DNA from: Octopus sinensis
Taxonomy: Eukaryota
DNA: 64,000 nucleotides
Assembly: GCF_006345805.1 (NCBI RefSeq)
Contig: NC_043008.1
Coordinates: 15,252,001 to 15,316,000, forward strand
Direction of reading: 5' to 3'
Program-made: the position numbers and the translations under genes
Part shown: in pieces, positions 23,991 through 37,166 of the stretch
Layout of the letters: every line of letters starts with the position of its first letter
Position numbering within the stretch: position 1 is the stretch's first letter
Notes under the pieces: model-generated
The model's input: the letters and a program-made list of their open reading frames with translations, nothing else
Told to the model about the DNA's origin: nothing
Databases searched by the model: none

Positions 23991-24920
23991 GTGAAAAGAG
24001 GGAGTTAGGTAAGGAGGACGCGGTAAGGAACGGGAGGAGGAAAAACTGATTAAAAACTGGTCAAAGGGAAGCATAAATAAAAGAAAATCAACAGAATTGG
24101 AACTCATAGGATTAAACCTACGAGAGGAGAGAGGAAAGCAATTCTAATTCGGTTGTCTTCTCGTTTCTGCAATTCTGCCAACAACGTTCTCAATTTCCTA
24201 TAAATATGAAAACTTTTCCGATTGCAATCATCCCACCCCGATCAGGTGACATTGAAATTTCACAGCATAATATCTTAATACACTTAGAAAAAATTTTTTT
24301 AAAATATTATTGTTTAACCATAATACCAATGCTAAAAACATTGAAATGGTGTGATTAATGAAGAATAAAAACATCTTACTTATTAAATCACAAAATATCA
24401 CAAATGCAGTTTTTTTTGTTATTATCGCACATACATACAACCACTAACGAAAAATATATATAAAAATCGATGAGAAACGCCAATAAAAACAAAATGCTTT
24501 CCTTCTTACAAGCAAACCTATAATTGAAGCTAACAAAATTACATTATTACAATTTCAATATAAAATTCTTTCGCCGTAAAATTGTCCTCACTCTACAAAT
24601 GTTTTATAGCAAATGCAACAAGAAAATAATATTTCTTTCCAGTTGTAGTTTACCATTCCCTTCCACTTAAACAATATTCTGATTTTTCTTTTCTTTATAT
24701 ATATATATTTTTTTATCTTCATGTTATCGCTTACCAAAACCTTCAGTCAGTTATTCAGAACATGGTAATGTAATTTCTATGAGTAAATATCTTCAATGTA
24801 TATAGTTTAACAGTATTATCTTAATGTCTCCTAAAAATCATTAACATCACACATGTACACATACACTTAGAAATATTCACACACACACGCATACTCATAT
24901 CCACACACTCATGTATATAT

Positions 24921-24952
24921 ATATATGCATGTATGGTACGTATGTATGCATG

Positions 24953-25012
<60 letters not shown>

Positions 25013-25434
25013 TATATTTGTATATGAATATATATATATATATGTATGTATGGTAAGTATGTATGTATGTATGTATGTATGTATGTATGTATATATATAT
25101 ATATATTGTATATGAATATATATATATGTATGTATGGTACGTATGTATGCATGTATGTATATATATATATATATTTGTATATGAATATATATATATATAT
25201 GTATGTATGGTACGTATGTATGCATGTATATATATATATATATTTGTATATGAATATATATATATATATATGTATGTATGGTACGTATGTATGCATGTAT
25301 GTATATATATATATATATATATAATATATATATATATATGTATGTATGGTACGTATGTATGCATGTATGTATATATATATATATTTGTATATGAATATAT
25401 ATATATATGTATGTATGGTACGTATGTATGCATG

Positions 25435-25469
<35 letters not shown>

Positions 25470-25500
25470 ATATGAATATATATATATATATATATATATA
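24921..25500. repeat. ~70-bp minisatellite built from microsatellite modules (~7 units)
   Basis: Recurring anchors GGTACGTATGTATGCATGTA and TTTGTATATGAAT separated by variable (TA)n. Confidence 0.9.
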
Positions 25501-27459
25501 TGCATAAACTGTATTGAAATGTTGGATTAAACATTGATTTCACACACGTACATAAACGTGTGCATGTGTGTGTATGTGTGTCTACATAGGTGTACGCATG
25601 AGTGTATATGCACAATAAACAAACATGGACTCACACGTACACTCTCGTACACATAACCGAATGGACACCCCACACACACACGTGCGTGTGCATACACACA
25701 TACACACGAAACTGTATAATATTTAACAATTACCTTACGAAAACATAAAAATACACAGCTATCATTTGCAATGTATGCGAATGAAAATAAAAGTAAAGCC
25801 TCTGGCACAGAAGTTTACAGATCAATGCTGCAGATACTTTGGACAAATAGAGTGATGAAAATAGAATCAATAACACACAGTTAGTTTTGCAAAGTTCACT
25901 GCTGGGGGTTGGCGAAAGTGCTAGCTTTACTGACAGCACGATGTTAGGCAGCGGAAGTTGGTGTGTGGAACAAGGAAAACATTGCGAACGAATAAAGCGT
26001 ATCAGAAATGGAAAAAGTCTGAGATTAAAATCAATCTGAAAGACTTAATATTTAGTCTGGAGCACGGATTAATATTGGTGGAATTCATAACTTGGTTAAT
26101 TCAATGTTGCACGGATAAACAGGTGGTAATGTAGACGCATAACAAAAACAAAAACGAAAACAAAAGCAAAAACAAACATAAATCAATAATGTCTGCTTTA
26201 CATATACTAAGGAAGAATTTACTAAAACGCCTACTAACGTAGAACAATTCTACATCCTTTACCAACCAAGGCTTTTATTCGCAACGTATACTGGAACATA
26301 TAAATTACTAGTTGCTAGTTGATAAAGTTATATCACCACCTATATCGTTTGATGAAATTTCGATTAGTTCTATGGCATTAACGATTATTAAAATCGCTGC
26401 CTATTCAGCTTACAACGTTTCTGATTTCATCGACAATCTATTAATTATCATTAATTATCAGCAATAGCGAAGACGAGACGAGCCTAGCACAATAAATGTT
26501 TCCTTCTAACGTTTCTTTCTTATTCACGTGTGGGTATGATTATTTCCTTCAAGTTTCTTACCACCTCTCACACTTTGGCACTTGCAGATATTTGGGATAT
26601 ATTTATCTTTCTTAAGTATTAGCCAAATATTTTTAAAGGGAAAGTCTAGATCTAGTTGATTCATACAAGTCCTCTTATATTACTGGTGGTAATTATTTAA
26701 AGAAAAATCAGCCCCCTCTGATTGAGATTTAACATATAATGCGAGTTATGATATGCGGCCTTCTTCTGAATGCATCGCATATAATATTGATTTCTCATAC
26801 TGTAAGAATGCCACAAATTATGCAGGAATATAATCTCTTTTAATGTTCAGGGAATGCTACTGGTATTAATTCTTTCGATGCAAAAGTAAAGAGAAATGGT
26901 TTTCAGCCAGGAACACTCAGAATTTAAAAGGATTTAATGGAATACTACACGAGTTTTTGGTTGGTAAAATTTGGAAATTTTCTAAGTGTTGCTTTATAAA
27001 GGGTGGCACTATTACGGAATCATGAGAAATAAAGCAAAATCTCATAAATATGCTTGAAAAAGAATCAATATTCTATAAAATCTAGTGTACTCGATATTCC
27101 ATTGGCTTAAATTTGTCAAACGTGTGGACTGATAACTTTTTTAGTTCATGGAATTTTGGAAACTGTATTATAAGGTCTCCCAAAGATTTCAACACACACA
27201 CACACACATGACTGCTTCTAATACAAGTAGGTAGGTGTCCTTTAATGAGGAGCTGTAAGTATAAGGAATGAAATGGTGTAGGATAAATTGCCACAAAATT
27301 GAAAATTCTAGTTTGCATTTTCATCAATGAAAATAGAATGACCTAGAATTTCACTAATAATTTATAGTGCTTATTGTGCGAGAACCACTTATATGTGGCG
27401 TATGGAAACAATCACATGAAAATATTCTCACTCAAAGAAAGAATTCACACGTCTATTAA

Positions 27460-27600
27460 TCTTGGCAAGTGGCTGAGCATTCCACAGACCCATTTACTTC
27501 TAACATAGCTTTCAGGGAGATTCAGCATGACACAGAATATGGCAAGGCTGGCCCTTTGAATTAATGGTAGAGTTCATTTTTGCAACCTGAGTGAATATAT
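27460..27600 (-). mobile_element. SINE body fragment related to family C
   Basis: The reverse complement contains attcactcaggttgcaaaaatga, matching the ttcactcagctgtagaaatga core of 32892-33232. Confidence 0.55.
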
Positions 27601-29084
27601 GATTTAAAAAAATTTCAAATGTTCACCCTGCCATCTTAGGTCTTTCTAGTACGACTCTAGTTTGTGTTGGTGTTATTCGAAGGATATATCTCGTATCTAT
27701 TTCGAGCAAGTCGAGCTACAAAAAGTGATGCAAGCGTTATTTGCTTAATAGTCGTTATTCATCTTTCCTATTTCAGTATTTGCCATGCAAATCCACCAGT
27801 TTCAAATTGCTGTTTTTCTATTTTAGCGTACGAGTATTTCTTTAAGACTTGAAAACTAATGATAATTCAGAATAAATCATTTGACAAGGTGGGGGTCCTT
27901 GGGGGTCTGACAGATTTAAGGACACACAATTATTTAAGGCTTTTATGATAATCCGACATGACCAGAGGAAAGGGAAACTGTGGTAAAAGGAACATTTTTC
28001 TTTACTTTAACAAGTAGGAGGGTTAATCGCTATTTAAATTGTTTCAGTTAATCTTGATATATTAGAATGTGTTCCTGATCTGTTCTTTGCTATTCAAAAA
28101 AGAGAACATCTTAAGTTTTTCCTATTCCAAATATTTTAGCATTATCTCTTGAGAAAACTCAGTAAGGTTATAATGCTACGTCACAGCGATAAATAACTAC
28201 AACATTATTGATGTATTGATATCGACGTAGAGACCACCATTTTTTTTTCACACGAAGATTTGAAACTTAAAAATTAAAAGAAAAAATAATAAAAAACAAC
28301 AGTAGAACATTTTCGTTAAACTTGAAAGAAACTTTATTATTTAAGAAAGATAAAAGAAAGATGACCTTTTATTTGGGGAAAAAAATTTGTGTACTTTATT
28401 TTGTTAAGGTGAGGAAAGATCATGTTTTGTAACATAAGTGATAAAGAAAGAAAATCATGTTTTTTTTATATGGTACCGCAATGAAAAGGATGAATTGTTC
28501 GCTGCTGTGTATTAGGAATGAATGCGTAGGTTTCATGTCTGTTAATTCTTACCTCCGAGCTTTGATCTTCTCAAGAAAACAGAAATACAATATATATCAT
28601 AGATTTTCATTCTCCTATGAGTATAGGAACGATAGACGGGGCGATAAGGTATAACAATAACCATCACATCATGAATTCGAATTTGCATTTACTGATTCCT
28701 ATGGAGTAAATTTTATTCTGTATTTCCTAAGCCTACATGTAGAAAATAATAACTAGTTTATATGGGAGACGTACTTGCTGGAAACAAAAATTGTCCTGTT
28801 GAAGTAGATAGGACCCATTCATTCAAATCTTATTCACAGCTCTCACGTTTCAACGAATTAGAGGGAGAAGCACCTACAATCACATTTCTTCTCCCAGGGA
28901 AGTTTGAAAAGGTTGTTGAGGATTAGGTCGAAGAGGAAGATGCCTATCTTCAATCATTTCTGTTGTGTCCACCAAAAGTTTCCTTTGACTATAGCAACGG
29001 CGAAGACAAAACTGATTGAACTTCCCGGCCAATGAGAGACAACGGGGCACGCTTCTTGTTATCATCAGTCAACAGCAGCATCTG

Positions 29085-29464
29085 TAGTGGAGGCGCAATG
29101 GCCCAATGCTTAGGGCAGTGGACTCGCGGTTGGGGGATCGCGGTTCCGATTCCCAGACCGGCGTTGGGTGTGTTTATTGAGCGAAAACACCTAAACCTCC
29201 ACACGCTCCGGCAGGAGGTGGTGGCGACCCCTGTTGTACTCTTTCGCTCCAACTTTCTCTCACTCTTTCTTCCTGTTTCTTGTCCCCGACTTCCTACGCA
29301 ACCGCTGAGCCTGAAAGCGCATTCATCTATCCGTCGATGCTCTCGGTGTCGGGGGTTGACCTGCTTTCTCTTCTGTGGGTCTTACGAATAGCAAAAGGAC
29401 CACGTTTCGGACTTCTCCCATCTTGCGAGTTCTGTGACGAAGACCGTTCGCTCAACAGCAACAG
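29085..29464 (+). mobile_element. tRNA-derived SINE, family D, with 15-bp TSD
   Basis: A/B-box-like head (tggcccaatgcttag; ggttccgattccc), (CAACAG)n tail and TSD caacagcagcatctg at 29070-29084 and 29465-29479. Confidence 0.92.
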
Positions 29465-29791
29465 CAACAGCAGCATCTGCATGACGAAATCTGTTTGAAA
29501 AAATCCACTCAAATTTAATCCCTTCTGACCATTTCAGACTTCTGCATCTAAAACCTGCCAATATTACGCCATAAAAATGAGAACGAGTGAAGTGTTACAC
29601 TCACGCCCGAAGCCCTTGATTGTTACACCTTTTTTAACGCTGGTCTTTGTATTACGGTATGTGATCTCTTGTAAGTGTATGTCCCACTACCACAGTTCAT
29701 CGCTCTCTTTCACCCTTGGTCTCGCAGAACAGGAAATTCTTCTGTATGTCCATACACGGATCGATGATTATAACTTTCATGGGAGGTTAAA

Positions 29792-30050
29792 CAGTTGTGG
29801 TAGATGAAAAAGGTGGTAGTAGCACCAATAACTGTTGGACCCTGGGCTTAGTGAATAAAAATCTTGAGACGTACATGGAACAAATAGGGGCTGCAATAAA
29901 GGTAGAGCACTTGCAGAAAACAGCACAACTTGGAACTGCTCAAATACGCCGGAAGGTGCTCGAAAAATAAGAGGCGTTACCTTAGTTCACTGGTAGTGAA
30001 CAGCTGAAACCGTGGCACATATCTAGCGTTAGAAGCTGTGCAAAGGCAAT
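29792..30050 (+). mobile_element. 3' end of an RLE-type (R4/Dong-like) non-LTR retrotransposon
   Basis: QLW*MKKVVVAPITVG-LGLVNKNLETYMEQIGAAIKVEHLQKTAQLGTAQIRRKVLEK*, then a 3' UTR running into (AAC/AAT)n. Confidence 0.8.
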
Positions 30051-30072
30051 AACAACAACAATAATAGTAATC

Positions 30073-30143
<71 letters not shown>

Positions 30144-30144
<1 letters not shown>

Positions 30145-30592
30145 TAACTGTCCCAATCGATATAAACGTATCTGTCAAGACCTACCAAAAACTGATAAAG
30201 TATAAAGATCTTGAAATAGAAATTGGCAAAATGTGGAACTTCAAGACTAAAACAATACCTGTTGTCATAGGTGCCCTAGGAATGATAGCAAAAGGGGCTG
30301 ATTCCTACCTAGCTCAGATACCAGGAAGCCTCAAAATAGCAGAAATTCAAAAGATAGTGCTCATGGAATCTGCCCATATCCTACATAAAATACGGTCTCT
30401 GTAAGCTCAAATTTTAAAACAAACACATAATTTTCTTATGATTTATTAAACATTCTCTAGAACAGTACTTTGTGCAAAACCAAATATATGACACCCTAGG
30501 CATAACACCAACATGAAATTCTAACTTGTTGTCTCTTGAGGTCTCTAGGTGGGACTTGGTGTCAACTTGTACATATAGAAAGCAAAAGCCAA
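30144..30592 (+). mobile_element. Second R4/Dong-like 3' fragment inside (AAT)n
   Basis: Open frame 30144-30404: ITVPIDINVSVKTYQKLIKYKDLEIEIGKMWNFKTKTIPVVIGALGMIAKG...EIQKIVLMESAHILHKIRSL*. (AAT)n on both sides. Confidence 0.88.
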
Positions 30593-30680
30593 ACAAAAAA
30601 TAATAATATTAATAACAACAGCAATAACAACAACAGCAACAACAATAACAACAACAACAACAACAACAGCAATAATAATA

Positions 30681-30718
<38 letters not shown>

Positions 30719-30761
30719 GTAATAATAATAATAATAATAATAATATTAATAAAATTTTAGA

Positions 30762-30903
30762 CAAATTTTAAAACAAACATAATTTTCTTATGGTTTCTTA
30801 AACATTTTCTAGAATAACATTATGTATAGAACCAAATATATGGCACCCTAGGCATAACACCAACACGAACTTCTAACTTTTTGTGTCTTGAGGTTTCTGG
30901 GTG
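30762..30903 (+). mobile_element. Third copy: 3' UTR fragment of the same R4/Dong-like family
   Basis: Colinear with 30408-30550 (caaattttaaaacaaac..caccctaggcataacaccaac). Preceded by (AAT)n. Confidence 0.85.
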
Positions 30904-30916
30904 AAAGATGCGGCAG

Positions 30917-31108
30917 CTTGAGGTTAGTAGTCCACGCTCTTAACCACTACGTCATATACCCAGAAAAATACCTTAGGTATGAGAACTCAGGCTCGAAATT
31001 TCCCCAGGACACCTGAAGAAGGCTGGAGAGTATATCAGTCGAAAAGTTGTGTTAACAATAAACAGGATGAGGACAAATATCCGTCATATGTAAATAATGT
31101 AAATTACT
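30917..31108. mobile_element. tRNA-like head (minus) joined back-to-back to a hammerhead-bearing segment (plus)
   Basis: Minus 30961-30917: gggtatatgacgtagtggttaagagcgtggactactaacctcaag (A-box-like). Plus 30962-31108 contains the hammerhead. Confidence 0.65.
31008..31053 (+). ncRNA. Minimal type I hammerhead ribozyme (extra-A variant)
   Basis: gacac-CTGAAGA-A-GGCTG gagagtatat CAGTC-GAAA-AGT-T-gtgtt. Stems I and II are intact. Stem III is one substitution from AACGTT. Confidence 0.72.
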
Positions 31109-31237
31109 TGATTTTGACAAACTCCGAGGCGCAAAAAGCAGAGTTAGACTCTCAACAAAAACGGCTTTAACTAAATACTAAATAATATTTAATTCAATTC
31201 TGCCAAAAGGAAAATATCACATGTTCATATGTGTATG

Positions 31238-31645
31238 TGGACGGTGTGGTTAAGGTGCACGCATTGCGAACATGTGGTTTCGGGTTTAGTTGTAAAGCTA
31301 TAGGCCTGAAACGACTAATGCTTAGCGAGCAAGCTGAACAGATGCAAACTGTGTGTAAATCTGTCGTACATACAAACGCATACAGACATGTGCACAAACA
31401 CATATACACACACGCATCTGTATGTATATATGTATGTGAGTGTGTTATTTGTGTTTGTGTTTGTTAGACCATTGTTTGGCAACCGGTGTCGGTTTGATTA
31501 CACTGCCATTCTTAGTGGTTCGGCAAAATTGATCAATAGGATAGGTGCCGGACGTAAAAAAGGAAATTAAATACTAGGGTCGATTTTTTTTTATTAGATC
31601 TTTCAAGGAGGTGCTCCAGCATGGCCAGAGTAAAATGAGTGAAAT
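31238..31645 (+). mobile_element. Old SINE family A copy
   Basis: ttggcaaccggtgtcgg, ttagtggttcggcaaaa and ggaggtgctccagcatggcc blocks. Confidence 0.7.
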
Positions 31646-31651
31646 ATATTC

Positions 31652-32249
31652 TTTTCTACTCTAGGTACAAGGCCCAAAACTTTGGGGAGAGGGCTGTCAT
31701 TTGGATCGACCTCAGTACGGAACTGGTACTTGAATTATCGACCTGGAAAGGTTGAAAGGTAAAGTCGACCTCGGCGGAATTTGAACTCAGATCGCAAAGA
31801 CAGAAGAAATACCGCTAAAGCATTTCGCCCGACGTGCTAACGTCTTTTTATTTCTTTATTGCCCACAAGGGGCTAAACATAGAAGGGATAAAAAAGGACA
31901 GACAAAGGGATTAAGTCGATTATATCGATCCCTGTGCGCAACTGGCACTTATTTAATCGACTCCGAAAGGATGAAAGGCAAAGTCGACCTCGGTGGAATT
32001 TGAACTCAGAACGTAACGGTAGATGAAATACAAATTTCTTTACTACCCACAAGGGGCTAAACAAGGACAGAAAAAGGGATTAAGTCGATTATATCAACCC
32101 CAGTGCGTAGTTGGTACTTATTTAATCGACCCCGAAAGGATGAAAGGCATAGTCGACCTCGGCGGAATTTGAACTCAGAACACAAAGACACGAAATACAG
32201 CGAAGCATTTCGACCGGCGTGCTAACGTTTCTGCCAGCTCGCTGCCTTA
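31652..32249 (-). mobile_element. Three head-to-tail SINE family B copies
   Basis: gtcgacctcggcggaatttgaactcaga occurs three times (near 31765, 31985, 32155). Units are ~31652-31845, 31846-32030 and 32031-32249, and only the last has a full head. Confidence 0.92.
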
Positions 32250-32891
32250 AATGGGTGAAATATACAAACCAACAATGATCAGCTTTGAGAGAAATGAAGA
32301 GTTTGCATTTCAGATTTGATTCTAGTCTCTTAGTTGTTGCAACTCCAAAACAAACAAACAGAGAAAACAAATTTAACATAACATTATAACAACTTCATTG
32401 ACCATTCACAAGAATAACACGTCCTAATGTTATGGCATGGCCGGAGGACAGAATTTCCATACTGTGTTAAGTGACTGGTATATTGACCGGCAATATTTAA
32501 GTGATTCAGCTATTCACTACAATATAACGCATACGTACACACGGACATATGCATATGCATATACGTATGTATGTATATATATTATATATATATATATTTA
32601 TATATATATAATATATATATATATATGTATATATATATATCAATATGAATTCTCAGAATGCGGCAATTTGCTTTAAGCTATCAGTTACTTACATATTCAC
32701 TATCTCTCTTCTCTCCCTCTCTGTCAACGTAGATACACACACAGACACACACACACACATATGCGTATATATTTGTGTGTGTGTGGTGTGTGTGTGTGTG
32801 TGTGTTTGTGTTTGTGTGTTTATATATAATATATATTTATGTGTGTGTATATATATATATATATATTATATATATATATATATATATATTA

Positions 32892-33232
32892 AAGGTGCGT
32901 GGCTCAGTGGTTAGAGCGTCGAGCTTACGATCGTGAGCTTGTGAGTTCGAATCCTGGACCGGGCTGCGTGTTGTGTTCTTGAGCAAGACACTTTACTTCA
33001 CGTTGCTCCGGTTCACTCAGCTGTAGAAATGATTTGCGACGTCACGGGTGCCAAGCCGTATCAGCCTTTGGCCTTTCCCTTGGACAACATCGGTGGCGTG
33101 GAGAGGGGAGACTGGTATGTGTGGGCGACTGCTAATCTTCCATAAACAACCTTACCCGCACTTGTGCCTGGGAGGGTGACTTCCTAAGTGCAATCCCATG
33201 GTCGGTCATGACCGAAGGGGGGCTTACCTTAT
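32892..33232 (+). mobile_element. tRNA-derived SINE, family C, full length
   Basis: ggtgcgtggctcagtggttagagcg (A box) and gagttcgaatcc (B box), followed by a non-tRNA body. Confidence 0.92.
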
Positions 33233-33434
33233 ATGTATACATATATACATACGTACATACATGCATGTGTATCATTAGGAAGCAATGAGAAGCTCATAGT
33301 TTAAATATGATATCGCTCTTTGCTAATATATTTGAGATAGAGAGAGAGAGAAGAGAGATATCTACAATTACGTATTGAGTTCTCTTCCATATCACCCCGC
33401 ACACTACACGTTGCCCATTTATAGTATAATATAC

Positions 33435-33630
33435 GTACGTACACACACACACACGCACTCACACACACACACACAGACACACAGACACACACAAACACAC
33501 ACACACAGACACGTATATCAACGAAAAAAATCGAGTGAAATCCGTGAAGCTAGAGTCAGTAGATCCACTGGTAAACTTGATGGAGTCCTGGTATATATAT
33601 ATATATTATATAATATATATATATATATAT

Positions 33631-33717
<87 letters not shown>

Positions 33718-34320
33718 TTGTGTGTGTGCTTGTGGGTGTATGTGTGAGAGTGTGCGTGTGTGTATACATATTTATATATAGGTATATGTACGTATATAAA
33801 TATATATTTATGCGAAGAGACATGTATGTATGATTGTATGTATATGTTTGCGTGTGTTTATGTGTGTGTATGTGTGCATGTGTAGGTGTGCGCCTGTGTA
33901 TGACGTAATATATAGTGTGTAATATACATACAACACACACGTATACGTATATATGAGACGTGTGTAGTCTGGTTTGTGCTTGTAGATTACCCGTATAAAT
34001 ATCTACTTCTAAGTATATGTATATCTTTCCAAACACATACACAGAGACTCAGACACAGAGACACACAGACATAAAGACAGACACAGAGACATGACACACA
34101 CACATACGTACACACACACATATATGTAAGAGAGATACACTGAAAGATAGAGAGTGTGTGAGAATCAGAAAACCAGAGAGAGAGAGAGACAAAGATGGAG
34201 AAAGATATAGGGAGATAGATAGATAAAGAGAGAGAGTGAGAGCGAGAGAGGAACGAAAGAGAAGATAGAGACATATATGTTTACTCACGTACGCGAGAGT
34301 CTGTGTGCGCGTGTACGTCC
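33435..34320. repeat. Compound (CA)/(TA)/(TG)/(GA) microsatellite block
   Basis: Direct reading. Confidence 0.9.
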
Positions 34321-35829
34321 ATATGTGCGTCGGTGGCATCTATATGGTTTATGATTGTTTGGAAGCTTGACATCAATTTTAGTCGTTAATATGTTGGTTA
34401 TAAATGAAGCAAGCTGCTTTGATATTTGATAACAATAATTAAGATGAACATTTACAGAATGGGTAGGATAACTAATGTCTAAGAAAATTATTTTCACTTT
34501 AACATCTCTATTTTCAATCATCGGACATTAAGCAAAGGTTTAAAGAGTTTAAGAGATTTTAATGCGTTTTTGATGACAGCACTTTGATGAGAAATGCCAA
34601 TTTTTGAAATATGGTTTCACACGATACATCTACGCAACCGGTGATAAATTCGACAAAATGTGTGATATATATGTATATGTTTCTGTGTGTCTGTGTCTGT
34701 GTGTGTGTTTGTGTCTCTGTGTGTTTGTACATGTGTCATGTGTGTGTGTGTGTACCCACACCCACAAATATATAGTCATGTATACATATATTTATATACT
34801 CATATATCCATATATATGCACATATTTATATACATATGCATAGCCATACATATGAAATAACACACATGCATATATATATATATATATTCACATACATGCA
34901 TATACGCAATACACACGTATATCGTGACTGGCGTCTTATTATCTCTTTTTATCGGTTTATCAAATATCTGATATCGTGATAAATGCCTTGCCTGGTGGAT
35001 GGCTGAATGTATAAATCTTCTACTTTGTTGCTTTGTTATATTTTCTAACCGCTAATTAATATCAATGACTGAAGTTGCTTGTTTATAACTTATTTGATTC
35101 AACAGGTCTTTGAATGAACACTTCAAATGGTTTAGTATTTATTTCCTGTTTGTGTCTTTCAAAAAAGAAAAAAAAATTCTCATTCGATACTTTTAAAACT
35201 GTGGAAATAATTATGGGGGAAAAAAGATGATACATCATATGATATTTATTTATAATTATATATATAAGGAGAGTAGAGGTACTCTTCAATGTCGAGTGGA
35301 GTAATAATTATATTCATAGTCAAACACCAGTTTAAGAGCAGACATTACATGCAACCGACGACCCATGTTAGTTGACATGCGAACAGCAGCAAGGAAACCT
35401 CTGTCTCCCTCTCTCTCTCTCATAGCCAAACCCTATTTTCTTAAATGCGGAAATGTCACATTTACGCCGGTAGTTCTACATATTCCCGAAGGAAGCTAGA
35501 TGGTCATAACCGAAATGCTTATTAAAATATCAATATATAACTCCTAGTTCAGAATTGATATGGGTTAATCGCCAGAAAATCATTCAATAGATAAGACTGT
35601 CTCCTGTAAAACGACGCTGTGATCGCTAATATAGGCGTATGAGTGGCTGTGTAGTAAGTTGCTTGCTTACCACGCATGCGTGAGTTTGTCAGTCACTTAC
35701 GAGATTAACACTGTTAAGACGTGCTTCGAAGCCGCCTTGAATTAAAGAACCGTTGAAGGTGCGACTGTAAGGTAGGCATCTGTCTTTTTAGGGATTCGGT
35801 GGATAATTTAAATTTTTTTATATTGTTTT

Positions 35830-36640
35830 TTTCTCGAATAAGAAATCATCACTGGGTCCTAGACATTTGTCTGCTGTTGTCGCGCCGAGTGACTCACTTA
35901 GCAGTGAGAATTGTTGTTTTGGTGGGCGTGTCTAGATACCAAAGTTTGGAAAATTTATGAATTCGTGGAGGACAGTTTGCGTGCTGCGACGGCGAAGTGG
36001 AGTACCTGTATTCTTGTGGATTACCTGAGTGGCGGAATTGTGTTGCCGTGAATTGAACAGTCTTCCTTCGTTCTCTTTCTCTGCTCTGTTGCTCTGTCTT
36101 TCTATTCTCTCTTGTGTTTTTATTGGACTTTTTATTTGGAACATTTTGGATTTTGTGTTGAACATTTTTCTTGATTTTTTCTTTTTCAAGCATGGCAAAA
36201 AAAGAACACTGTACTGGAGTGGCAAATTGTGGCCCCCAGCAGTTGGGGAAAAAACGTTAATGAGAGAACGGTGGTGTTGAGGACATATTCTAAGTCCCTC
36301 GACACCATCACTCTCTGGCGGATATTGAAAAGGAGTTGGCATAATATCTGCCAACTATTAAGTTTATTGCAAGGGGTGTCAAATACGCAACGGTGTGGTT
36401 GCTGTTTGACGCCCCTGGGGAGGCTCGGGATTTTGCGAGCCAACTCTTAGAAGGGGAGAAAATTCTTTTTCTCCCCACATATGGTGCGAAGAAATTGGGA
36501 AGATCTTGAAATAGAGCCCGAATGGATAGAATACACTATCCGTCGGAGTCTGGGTGGCAGCCAAGCTCTTAAACGTCAAAATTCTGCCTGCGGCTGATTG
36601 GGTGGTGTAGAAGGTGAAATAAATGGCGAAACATTTTATA
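35830..36640 (+). mobile_element. Probable 5' UTR and decayed ORF1 of a non-LTR retrotransposon
   Basis: A GC-rich leader with a pyrimidine tract, then ATG 36192: MAKKEHCTGVANCGPQQLGKNVNERTVVLRTY..ADIEKELA*YLPTIKFIARGVKYATVWLLFDAPGEARDF..ILFLPTY..EPEWIE, with frameshifts. Resembles RRM-like LINE ORF1 starts (from memory). Confidence 0.45.
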
Positions 36641-36894
36641 AGAATGCAGAGAGACTGAAGAGGAACGAAGAAACATGAGAGGGAGAGGGAGAGAGAGAAA
36701 GTGAGTGAGAGAGAAGGTCAAAATATAGAATAAAGTGTAAGAATATTGAAGATGGAAAATGAAGAAGAGAAAGAAAAAGAAGTGAGAGAGAAACAAAAGG
36801 AGAATATACTTAAAGAAGGAAAGACTGAGCGAAAGGAAGACTGATCACAAAAAGGAGTAGGTAAAAAACGAAATATAAATAAAAATGATATGTA

Positions 36895-37162
36895 GGCGTA
36901 GGAGTGGCTGTGTGGTAAGTAGCTTGCTTACGAACCACATGGTTCCGGGTTCAGTCCAACTGCGTGGCACCTTGGGCAAGTGTCTTTTACTATAGCCTCG
37001 GGCCGACCAGTCTTGTGATTTGGTAGACAGAAAGTGAAAGAAACGCGTCGTATATATGTATATACATGTGTGTGTATATGTTTATCTGTCTGTGTTCGTC
37101 CCCCAGACCATCACTTGACAACCGATGCTGGTGTGTTTACGTCCCCATAACATTAGCGGTTC
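36895..37162 (+). mobile_element. SINE family A, 3'-truncated
   Basis: Colinear with family A up to ttagcggttc. Confidence 0.92.
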
Positions 37163-37166
37163 ATAT

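Noticed and set aside
29395-29430. Minus-strand GGA gaag TCC GAAACGT in the family D SINE tail
   Set aside because: The upstream core does not match CUGANGA and there is no stem I.
32892-32965. tRNA gene
   Set aside because: A and B boxes are present, but the acceptor stem is incomplete and it continues into a SINE body. The same applies to the other SINE heads.
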